Virus record (IMG/VR): IMGVR_UViG_3300032053_000019
Coordinates: 34,440-98,439 of that record
DNA from: a virus
Direction: 5' to 3' (one strand)
Length of the DNA stretch: 64,000 nucleotides
Position 1 is the first letter of the stretch. Each line of letters starts with the position of its first letter. This document shows, one piece after another, positions 1 through 7,360 of this stretch. The notes below the pieces were generated by a model. The model searched no databases and had not been told where the DNA came from. It saw only the letters and a list, made by a program, of their open reading frames with translations. The position numbers and the translations under genes are program-made.

Positions 1-1
1 C

Positions 2-850
2 CACTTCGTAGTCGGTGATCTTCGCAGTCCAGCGATCTGCGAGAAGGTCACGAAGTATACGGAGTTCGACGAAGTGTATCAGTTGGCCGCTGACATGGGC
101 GGTGCAGGATTCGTCTTCACCGGGGCAAACGACGCAGACATTCTGCACAACAACGCGTTGATCAATCTCAACATGCTAGAGATCACGAGGAAGGCAGGCA
201 TTGGGAAGATTTTCTTTTCCTCGTCCGCCTGCATCTACCCCGAGTATAACCAGACAGATCCGGACAATCCGAAGTGCAACGAAGAGTCTGCTTATCCTGC
301 GGCACCGGACAGTGACTATGGATTCGAGAAACTCTTCTCCGAGCGCCTCTACCTGGCCTACCACAGGAACCACAAGATGGAGGTTCGGATCGCTCGCTAC
401 CATAATATATTCGGACCCGAAGGAACATGGCAGGGCGGGCGGGAGAAGGCGCCTGCGGCATTCTGTAGGAAGATTGCAATGGCTGATGAAGTCGGGACGA
501 TCGAGATGTGGGGGTCTGGCAAGCAGACCAGGTCCTTCCTCTACATTGATGACTGCATTGATGCCACTCGTCGCCTCATGGAATCCGACTTCATGGGTCC
601 CGTCAACATCGGCTCGGAGGAGATGGTTACGATCAGCCAACTCGCTGGCATGATCGCCGAGATCGCAAACAAGTCAGGCATCAATCTCAAGAGTATTCCT
701 GGTCCACTTGGAGTGAACGGACGAAACTCTGACAATGAACTGATCGAGGAGAAGTTGAACTGGCATCCCTTGTATACTTTGTATGCCGGGTTGGTTCCGA
801 CCTACCGTTGGATAGCGGAGCAGGTTCGGCAAGAGGCACTAAAAAAATAG
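2..850 (+). CDS. NAD-dependent nucleotide-sugar epimerase (GDP-mannose 3,5-epimerase-like), 5' truncated by window edge
   Basis: Frame open from position 2; LAADMGGAGF, FSSSACIYP, YGFEK (YxxxK), RYHNIFGP, GGREKAPAAFCRK, RSFLYIDD. Confidence 0.9.
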   Translation, partial: HFVVGDLRSPAICEKVTKYTEFDEVYQLAADMGGAGFVFTGANDADILHNNALINLNMLEITRKAGIGKIFFSSSACIYPEYNQTDPDNPKCNEESAYPAAPDSDYGFEKLFSERLYLAYHRNHKMEVRIARYHNIFGPEGTWQGGREKAPAAFCRKIAMADEVGTIEMWGSGKQTRSFLYIDDCIDATRRLMESDFMGPVNIGSEEMVTISQLAGMIAEIANKSGINLKSIPGPLGVNGRNSDNELIEEKLNWHPLYTLYAGLVPTYRWIAEQVRQEALKK

Positions 851-858
851 GAGGCAAT

Positions 859-1050
859 ATGCTTTATGAGATCACGGACGGTAAGAAAAAGAAGTGGATT
901 GAGGAGGTGCCCATGCACCTTCTCCGCCTCTCCCGTTGGAAAAAGATCGGTATCTTTTTCAGATTCATTATCGGACTAAAGGGGTACGTTGCAGTGCAGA
1001 CGACCAAGGGCCTGCGCTGGTTCCGCCCCATCCGAAGGAAGAAGAAATGA
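859..1050 (+). CDS. hypothetical small basic protein
   Basis: GGAGG RBS before ATG 859; coupled to next ORF. Confidence 0.6.
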   Translation: MLYEITDGKKKKWIEEVPMHLLRLSRWKKIGIFFRFIIGLKGYVAVQTTKGLRWFRPIRRKKK

Positions 1051-1301
1051 AACTTACCAAGACCTGGGCACTCCGAACTTTGATCACCTATGCCGCAAAG
1101 TGGGCGGCGGGGTGTGGAGTTGGACTTCGTGAAACCCTCACTGAGGAAGATAGGAAAAAGATAGCGGTTGCAGTATTGCTTCTATACAAGGACGCTTATC
1201 GAAGGGATCCATGCCCCAGTGATCTATTCAATCTTGGCCTTTCTTCATGTGAGGAGTTTCTAGTTGGGGCAATAAAGGAACTGCGGGAAAAGGAGAAATG
1301 A
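1047..1301 (+). CDS. hypothetical protein
   Basis: ATGA overlap with previous stop. Confidence 0.6.
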   Translation: MKLTKTWALRTLITYAAKWAAGCGVGLRETLTEEDRKKIAVAVLLLYKDAYRRDPCPSDLFNLGLSSCEEFLVGAIKELREKEK

Positions 1302-1786
1302 TCATGGGACGTAAAAGAAAGTGGGGCGTTCAGGAAGTAACTGAGACAGTTGCGGTTGCAACAACTAGTGCCTTTAGTTGGATAGATAAACTTCGTCAAG
1401 AGATGAAGGAGTGGCGAGACCGTATGACCAAAAAGTTTCCTGTCGATGATCCTCGTTATCATAATGTGAAGTGGATTCATCAGGTTTTGGAACACGAGTA
1501 TGACAATCTTCGCATGCTATCCTTTGACCATCTATCCCGGAGACTCAAAGAAAAGGAAATAACTTTTTCTGAAAATCGAAAGGCGGCACCGTCAAGACGG
1601 CAACAAGTACTTTATGCTGTTACTCGTTTGCAGAATGTCTTGCTGATGATCAAAAAGGACCGACAGGAAAAGCCAGTTAACTTTGAGGGACTTGATCGAG
1701 CGACAGAATGGATATTGAATGAACTCCCAAAAAGCATTCGTGCCTTGGATTCCATCGACTTTCCTAGGCGCTTTGAGGGAATATGA
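1298..1786 (+). CDS. hypothetical protein
   Basis: 162-aa ORF, RBS AGGAG, ATGA overlap. Confidence 0.7.
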   Translation: MIMGRKRKWGVQEVTETVAVATTSAFSWIDKLRQEMKEWRDRMTKKFPVDDPRYHNVKWIHQVLEHEYDNLRMLSFDHLSRRLKEKEITFSENRKAAPSRRQQVLYAVTRLQNVLLMIKKDRQEKPVNFEGLDRATEWILNELPKSIRALDSIDFPRRFEGI

Positions 1787-1876
1787 GATTCATCGAAAAA
1801 AAATATTTTCAGATTTTCTATTCGTTTGGTATTAATAAGATAGAAAATGAAAAACCTCGTTTTTGAGTATACGGTA

Positions 1877-1905
1877 TTGACACTTAGAAAACAATGCTAT
1901 ATAAT
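1877..1905 (+). promoter_or_regulatory. sigma70-type promoter
   Basis: TTGACA-17bp-TATAAT in AT-rich intergenic region. Confidence 0.85.
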
Positions 1906-1943
1906 AATGATGAGAATGAATGATTGCTCAGAGGAGGCAAAGT

Positions 1944-2384
1944 ATGAGCATCGTAGACAATGAGTTCGAAGCGGTACTTGATGAGTACCTCTTCAAAAAC
2001 TCAGGCGATCATTGGATCGCATCATTCGGATCGGATCTCCATCTCATCGTCAAAGTCGATGAGGTGAAGAAGGCAGTCATCCTTTTGAATGAGCGGTTCC
2101 AACTAACTGAGGTGATCAAGCACCCTCGGAGTAAGGACTTCGAGCGGCGCTTCTCCAACAAACTCAACCGAATGAAGAACAAGATCACCAAACTTCTTCG
2201 GGCGGAAAAGAAAGCGAAGCACATTGAGGCCAGACAGATCGTGTTGAGTACGAAGTATCAAAGCAACACTGAACGTTGTTCCCGGTGCAACCATACCTTC
2301 CCGTACGATGAGTTGACGATTGATCATAGTCGTACAGCGCAGTTGATCTGCGAACCATGTTATGCCAAGGAGTATAAGAAGTGA
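1944..2384 (+). CDS. hypothetical protein with C-terminal zinc finger
   Basis: GGAGG RBS; CSRC...CEPC. Confidence 0.7.
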   Translation: MSIVDNEFEAVLDEYLFKNSGDHWIASFGSDLHLIVKVDEVKKAVILLNERFQLTEVIKHPRSKDFERRFSNKLNRMKNKITKLLRAEKKAKHIEARQIVLSTKYQSNTERCSRCNHTFPYDELTIDHSRTAQLICEPCYAKEYKK

Positions 2385-2890
2385 TCGTCCACAACGCTAC
2401 CAGGATTCCCACCAAGATCCTATTGCCTGTCCTCCGAGCCGCCAAGACGGCAGTGGGATCAGTACCTACCAAAGTGGCCGTACTGATCAAGTGGGGCGCT
2501 CACGTTCACGGACTTGCCAATGACTATTCCATGGTGCGTGAGAACGTGATGGGCAAAAAGTGGGACGAGACAAAGCCACACAAGTATATTCCGTGTCAGG
2601 GCTTCATCACTCTCTACCTTCCTTATGACTGGGATCCATTGTTTACAGCACGCAGTTTCTTTTCTACAGCGTCTCATGAGTTCAAGCATGTTAAGGACTT
2701 CAAGGAGCATAAGTACTTTGGTAAATACAATCGTAACTGGAGGAACCGCCCTCATGAGAAACGAGCGATCCGAACTGCCAAGGGGGTCATGGCCAAGTTT
2801 GATCAAGGCCGCCGGCCTGACTGGCAAGATGCGGTGATCAATTTGGGAATAGCATTAGAAGAGTTGCAAAAAATAAGGAGGCAACCATGA
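2381..2890 (+). CDS. HExxH zincin-like metalloprotein
   Basis: ASHEFKH plus downstream PHEKRA glutamate. Confidence 0.6.
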   Translation: MIVHNATRIPTKILLPVLRAAKTAVGSVPTKVAVLIKWGAHVHGLANDYSMVRENVMGKKWDETKPHKYIPCQGFITLYLPYDWDPLFTARSFFSTASHEFKHVKDFKEHKYFGKYNRNWRNRPHEKRAIRTAKGVMAKFDQGRRPDWQDAVINLGIALEELQKIRRQP

Positions 2891-3174
2891 TCATTGAACT
2901 TCGTAAGACGTACAGGATCAAAGGAAACTCGTCGTACTTCAAGGAGAAGTACGCGACTTCCAATCCTTTGATCATCATTGAGGGACCAGCCGAAACCGTC
3001 TTCGGCAGTGGTATACATCTGGCCTCAATGAGTGGCAACTGGGCCGCCCGCCTCTTCCTGGAGCGGGTGGTGGCCGAAGATCCCCCAGGCAAGACAGCCT
3101 ACTACGGTCACGAGGTGGTTACGGGCCTGGGGGAGTGCGTGTTCGATGAGGAACTAGAGGAGGTGACTCAGTGA
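2887..3174 (+). CDS. hypothetical protein
   Basis: RBS AGGAGG, coupled ORF. Confidence 0.7.
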   Translation: MIIELRKTYRIKGNSSYFKEKYATSNPLIIIEGPAETVFGSGIHLASMSGNWAARLFLERVVAEDPPGKTAYYGHEVVTGLGECVFDEELEEVTQ

Positions 3175-3473
3175 GAACCTGGAAGAAAAAGTTTCAGCAG
3201 TATTGCTGGGATCTGATCATCTATCGGATCTATCGGGAGGGACTCAAGTTCAAAGCAGACAATGTAAAGAAGGTAGCATCGAAGGTTAGTCTGACCACCG
3301 GCTACCTGCACATGATCATTCGTTCCGGACGAGATGGATTCAAGCCAGATTGCTCTACTATCCATCAGATTCTGGAGAAGTATGATCCTGTCGAAGATAC
3401 AAGGTTCATGTTCCATCCGAAAAACATCTGGTCCCGAACCAGAGCACGGAAGGAAGGAGCTGGGCTCAGATGA
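3171..3473 (+). CDS. hypothetical protein
   Basis: GTGA overlap, RBS GGAGG. Confidence 0.6.
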   Translation: MRTWKKKFQQYCWDLIIYRIYREGLKFKADNVKKVASKVSLTTGYLHMIIRSGRDGFKPDCSTIHQILEKYDPVEDTRFMFHPKNIWSRTRARKEGAGLR

Positions 3474-3862
3474 AAACCATCCCGATCAGTAAGTTCGGAA
3501 AGGACCACTGGTCACTCCTGGCCTACATCGGGTGCCGGTGCGTGGACAATGAAGGCACCTTGAACAAGGAGCATCTTCGGGTCAATATCAAGACCCATCC
3601 TCAGCACAGTCACCGGGGAACCCAGAATTTCCTTGATGTGTTTCCCTATCCCACACGTCTTGCTGAAGGAAAGATCGCCGCTAAGGGGCATGACGATTGG
3701 GATTGCTTGGACGATCTCGAGAAGGCTGGCTTGATCAAGCTACATGGTACGGGACTCAATCCCGTTTATGCCATGACAGTCAAGGGGTGGGAGGTGGATA
3801 GTCAGATCCGCCAATTCAAAGCCACCGGTGGTACCTTCGCGACCTTCAAGTATGAGGAGTGA
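3470..3862 (+). CDS. hypothetical protein (possible winged helix)
   Basis: ATGA overlap; CLDDLEKAGLI...YAMTVKG. Confidence 0.65.
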   Translation: MKTIPISKFGKDHWSLLAYIGCRCVDNEGTLNKEHLRVNIKTHPQHSHRGTQNFLDVFPYPTRLAEGKIAAKGHDDWDCLDDLEKAGLIKLHGTGLNPVYAMTVKGWEVDSQIRQFKATGGTFATFKYEE

Positions 3863-4068
3863 TCATGCTCCCCGTTGATCAATTAGGCGGACTGGCCGGG
3901 ATCCCACAAGGGTCACGATGGGAGTTCCTGGGCGATCTCAAGACTCGGCAGATGAGCTATCCTATACATCCTCTCTGCCGCGCCTGCGCCAGCGACTGCA
4001 AGGTTCACGACGCCAAGGGGCTGATCGTGTTCGTCTGCCATGCCTTTAAGAAACCTAACCATAGATAA
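3859..4068 (+). CDS. hypothetical Cys-rich protein
   Basis: CRACASDC motif, coupled ORF. Confidence 0.5.
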   Translation: MIMLPVDQLGGLAGIPQGSRWEFLGDLKTRQMSYPIHPLCRACASDCKVHDAKGLIVFVCHAFKKPNHR

Positions 4069-4070
4069 AG

Positions 4071-4146
4071 GGGAATGGTGGAGAAGTGACAAAGGCAAAG
4101 ACATCCGAAAGGATAATCAACTCATCATCACCAATCCACCATTCCT
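4071..4146 (+). ncRNA. guide-like stem-loop unit U0 (orphan)
   Basis: Stem GGAATGGTGGA/TCCACCATTCC enclosing GACA-AAGGCAAAGA-CATC-CGAAAG-GATA-ATCAACTCAT-CATC; same geometry as units at 5725-7342. Confidence 0.8.
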
Positions 4147-4164
4147 ATTTTTTAAAGAAATCTC

Positions 4165-4193
4165 TTGATTTTTGTTTTGAGTTGACTTATAAT
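4165..4193 (+). promoter_or_regulatory. sigma70-type promoter upstream of helicase / RNA-guided locus
   Basis: TTGATT-17bp-TATAAT. Confidence 0.75.
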
Positions 4194-4204
4194 TATGACT
4201 CAAT

Positions 4205-4308
4205 GAGGAAGGAGGCACGATGTCAGTCCTATTAAGTATCACCGCTAATGCGGAATTGACTTTCTCATCTTTGCCTCCTCAGGGATTGCTCGTGCCTCCT
4301 ATCCTTCC
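4205..4308 (+). ncRNA. degenerate guide-like unit in 5' leader with two alternative closing stems
   Basis: GTCC-TATTAAGTAT-CA-CCGCTAATGCGG-AA-TTGACTTTCT-CATC; 5' arm GGAGGCA(CGA) can pair with TGCCTCC (4272) or TCGTGCCTCCT (4290). Confidence 0.5.
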
Positions 4309-4326
4309 TTTTCTTCGGAGTATAGT

Positions 4327-5736
4327 GTGACCTATAAGATCACTCTCGGCAACGTCTTCTCAGAAATGAATGACTACCCAACGGAACTGGAGCAAAGACT
4401 TGCTATTGCCCATCCCAATTTTTGGTTTAGTCCACAATACAAAATGCATGTATGGGACGGGAAAACCCACTTCCTTAAACTAACTCCGACAGTTCACTTC
4501 CCCACGGGTCTCCTTTTCATCGTGGAGGAGTTCCTCAAAGAGAAGGGTCTGGACTATGAACTCATTGATCCTCGCATGCCGATCAAGTATTCCGATGGCA
4601 TGTTAGCTCCAGTTTCCCCCGATCTACTGAATGGTATTACCCTCCGGGAGTATCAGATTACCGCGATTGAGGAAGCAATCCGAAAAAGGCGGGGCGTTCT
4701 TGAACTGCCCACCGGGTCAGGCAAGACCGAAGTAGCCGCAGGTATCATTAAACTCCTTAATCGGCCCACACTCTTTTTGGTACACACGCAGGACCTCTTA
4801 CATCAGACCGCCGAACGATTCACCAACCGCCTTGACATTCCGATTGGCAAGATCGGGGATGGTGAATACGATATAGAAAAACGATGCGTTGTTGCGACCA
4901 TTCAATCTTGCCATGCCCGCCTCAAGTCGAAGGAACAAGACAAGCGAACTGAGATAAAACAATTACTGGAGCGGGCCGAAGTAGTCTTCCAGGACGAAGT
5001 GCACCACGCCAGCGCGAGTACGTGGTACAGCATCGGTCAGAAAACCTTGTCGGCAAGGTTCCGATTCGGATTGTCCGGAACTGTCCTTCGCCGAGACGAA
5101 CTTTCAAACATGAAGATGTTAGCTCTCTTCGGTGAACCGATCTATACTAAACGGACAATGGACTTAGTTGACGATGGATATCTAAGCAAGATTCAGATCA
5201 CTATGATTGATAATCCTGAAGTGGTAGAGGGTACTTCCTGGTCGGACATTTACTTAAACGGTATTGTCAAGTCTGAGTCCCGGAATAAGATGATAGTTGA
5301 TCAAGCCGAGACGGCTTTCCGAGAGAATAAACGAGTTCTACTACTGATTAGGTATATTGATCATGGAAAGACCCTAACTCGTCTGCTTAACGAGCAGAGG
5401 AGTATTCCTACCGTATTCTTGAGTGGACAAAGTGGACGTGATGATCGTAAGGAGCGAAAAGAAGAGTTTAATGAGAATGGAAACTTCATTTTAATTGCCA
5501 GTACAATTTATGATGAAGGGATTGATCTCCCCGAAGTGAATGTCTTAATCATAGCCTCTGGTGGATTAAGTGAAGTCAAAACAATACAAAGAGTAGGACG
5601 TGGTTTGAGAAAGAAGAAGGATGGTTCAACTCTTCAAGTCTTTGACTTTGAGGATAGTTCGGATTATTTGATCAAGCATTCGAAGGAGCGCAAACAAGTT
5701 TATATTCAGGAAGGATTCTTAGGTGTGGACGAGTAA
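4327..5736 (+). CDS. superfamily 2 DNA helicase (UvsW-like)
   Basis: LPTGSGKT Walker A, DEVHH, GLSGT, EGIDLP, QRVGRGLR. Confidence 0.92.
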   Translation: MTYKITLGNVFSEMNDYPTELEQRLAIAHPNFWFSPQYKMHVWDGKTHFLKLTPTVHFPTGLLFIVEEFLKEKGLDYELIDPRMPIKYSDGMLAPVSPDLLNGITLREYQITAIEEAIRKRRGVLELPTGSGKTEVAAGIIKLLNRPTLFLVHTQDLLHQTAERFTNRLDIPIGKIGDGEYDIEKRCVVATIQSCHARLKSKEQDKRTEIKQLLERAEVVFQDEVHHASASTWYSIGQKTLSARFRFGLSGTVLRRDELSNMKMLALFGEPIYTKRTMDLVDDGYLSKIQITMIDNPEVVEGTSWSDIYLNGIVKSESRNKMIVDQAETAFRENKRVLLLIRYIDHGKTLTRLLNEQRSIPTVFLSGQSGRDDRKERKEEFNENGNFILIASTIYDEGIDLPEVNVLIIASGGLSEVKTIQRVGRGLRKKKDGSTLQVFDFEDSSDYLIKHSKERKQVYIQEGFLGVDE

Positions 5737-5967
5737 GATACTGGCAAGAGCGTCCTTAAGGACCAAGGTAGATTCGTCTGCTCGTCCACTTCCTTTGTAT
5801 AATCAAAGACGAGTTAATGATCAAGGGAATGAACACCCCCAGTGGCATGAGTCGGACCAGTCGTTAACTCGTCCGCTTTGCATACGAGAACGAAGAGGGG
5901 TTGGTAAGTCAAATAGAGCATCAGCTTTTGCGTTAAAGACTGGAACAACTACTAATCCTTTCTCTTC
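5725..5967 (+). ncRNA. array of three guide-like stem-loop units U1-U3 (5725-5789, 5808-5873, 5892-5967)
   Basis: Each has an 11-13 bp outer stem of unique sequence with G-U pairs, enclosing 4nt-N10-14nt-N10-4nt. Confidence 0.88.
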
Positions 5968-5986
5968 CATTTTATAAGGAGTTACT

Positions 5987-7105
5987 ATGAGTATCTATGC
6001 CATTGATTGGCACACGAAGAAAGAGATTCCAATTTATGACGGGAAGAAGATCAAGAAGATTCCGAACTCCCCTTTCTCTATTGCCGAATGGGCAAAGGGA
6101 CTTGAAAAGAGAAAGCATATCTTTCTCTTTGAGGCTGGTGGCGGTGACTTCATGAAGATTCTTCTTCACCGTCAAGGGCATACTGTCCTCACCATGCCTG
6201 GTATACATACGAAGCAGTTTCGTGATCGCATTGATGTTGAGAAGACAGACGATACGGACGTGTCACTGATCTACGAATTATATACAAAGTGGGTGGAGGA
6301 GACAGTGGGTCGAGCATCTTCGGGGACAACCGTCCGGTCATCTTCCCACCCACTTTCCTTTTACCCCTTCTCCGAACTGGACTGCACCATCTCATCACTT
6401 CGACTTTTTGTTCGTCGACGCGACTTGGTTCAGGAAGAACGGATACGAGAGAACAACCGGGCTCTGATCTTCAACCTGACCTACTCTCTAACGAACACAC
6501 CAAAGAAAGAAATTGATAAAGTTCAGGAACTTCAAAAGACACGAGTTGAGGATTATAAAAAGGAAGAGGCAAGTCTGACCAAGCAGGTCAATCGTATGCT
6601 AGGCACTCTACCAATCTGGACTGACAAGTGGAAAAAGATCAAGGGGTTTGGCCCTAACATTGTTGGGGGTTTGATCGCCGAACTTGGTAGATGCCAAGCT
6701 CAGACCAGGGCCCAGGTGCGAATGTTCACCAGTATGGTTCCTCGTGAAGCGAATCTTACTGAGAGTGGAAAGCGTCGGCGCAACTCGAATCGTATTCGTG
6801 GGTTGCTATATGATGCAGTTGAGCAGATCATCAAGCAGAAGACTCCGGGGTGGAATGAATGGTACTACAGGTTAAAGGAAAAGTATGCCTCACTTCATCC
6901 TGACTGGTCCAAGGGCAAGGTGGATAACTATGCCCGTCGTGTGCTGAAGACACAACTGGCCATTGAATTCTGGTCTGATCTTCGGCACTATGGTATGTTG
7001 CCAAACAGTGGGGGAGTTAGTGTGACAAACAAACTTACGGTTTCAAAACTAAGAGTTTCCTCATCCGCCTCCTCCTCCCTTTCTTCTACCGAGGCACAAG
7101 TATGA
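5987..7105 (+). CDS. IS110-family-derived RuvC(DEDD)-coiled coil-Nop/Tnp20 protein (TasR-like RNA-guided effector candidate)
   Basis: D7 (YAIDW), E49 (LFEAG), D88/D91 (KTDDTD); IKGFGPNIVGGLIAELG helix-hairpin; SMVP...ESG...NSNRIRGLLY; WYYRLK...ARR; RBS AAGGAG. Confidence 0.85.
   Translation: MSIYAIDWHTKKEIPIYDGKKIKKIPNSPFSIAEWAKGLEKRKHIFLFEAGGGDFMKILLHRQGHTVLTMPGIHTKQFRDRIDVEKTDDTDVSLIYELYTKWVEETVGRASSGTTVRSSSHPLSFYPFSELDCTISSLRLFVRRRDLVQEERIRENNRALIFNLTYSLTNTPKKEIDKVQELQKTRVEDYKKEEASLTKQVNRMLGTLPIWTDKWKKIKGFGPNIVGGLIAELGRCQAQTRAQVRMFTSMVPREANLTESGKRRRNSNRIRGLLYDAVEQIIKQKTPGWNEWYYRLKEKYASLHPDWSKGKVDNYARRVLKTQLAIEFWSDLRHYGMLPNSGGVSVTNKLTVSKLRVSSSASSSLSSTEAQV
6286..6356 (+). ncRNA. guide-like unit U4 embedded in the effector ORF
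   Basis: AAAGTGGGTGG/CCACCCACTTT stem enclosing GACA-GTGGGTCGAG-CATC-TTCGGG-GACA-ACCGTCCGGT-CATC. Confidence 0.85.
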
Positions 7106-7342
7106 TCAAGATTGGTAAGTCAATGACACTTTCGTCCTACGAGATAGACGCAGTATCGGCTACCAATCTTGATCTCTTTTGTAAACAAGATGGGTTGGAA
7201 AGACAAGGGAGTTTCCATTTCTTTAAACATGGTGTAGCGCATCTTCTAATCCATCTTTTCTCTGCTAACAATCTTGAACCAGTAAGACCAGTTCACCTGC
7301 ACCACCATAGGCAATGTCAAAGCCATCTACTGGTTCAAGATT
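7010..7342 (+). ncRNA. array of four guide-like units U5-U8 (7010-7079 inside ORF tail, 7104-7174, 7187-7257, 7270-7342)
   Basis: 14-15 bp stems in U6-U8 (e.g. GATCAAGATTGGTA/TACCAATCTTGATC, AATCTTGAACCAGTA/TACTGGTTCAAGATT), weaker stem in U5; all enclose the same 42-nt core geometry; period 83-95 nt. Confidence 0.88.
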
Positions 7343-7360
7343 TTTCTATTAGGAGACACC

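Noticed and set aside
5723-5977. 84-aa ORF over the upstream array
   Set aside because: Coincides with units U1-U3, has no good RBS and unprotein-like composition; treated as non-coding.
5987-7105. Ordinary IS110 insertion sequence
   Set aside because: Single copy in the window, no recognisable ends, many different single-loop units rather than one target/donor bridge RNA, and embedded in a phage operon; mobility not formally excluded.
5725-7342. CRISPR array, or a series of rho-independent terminators
   Set aside because: No direct repeats or cas genes; the loops are 42 nt with fixed internal geometry, unlike terminators, though some units have short T tails.
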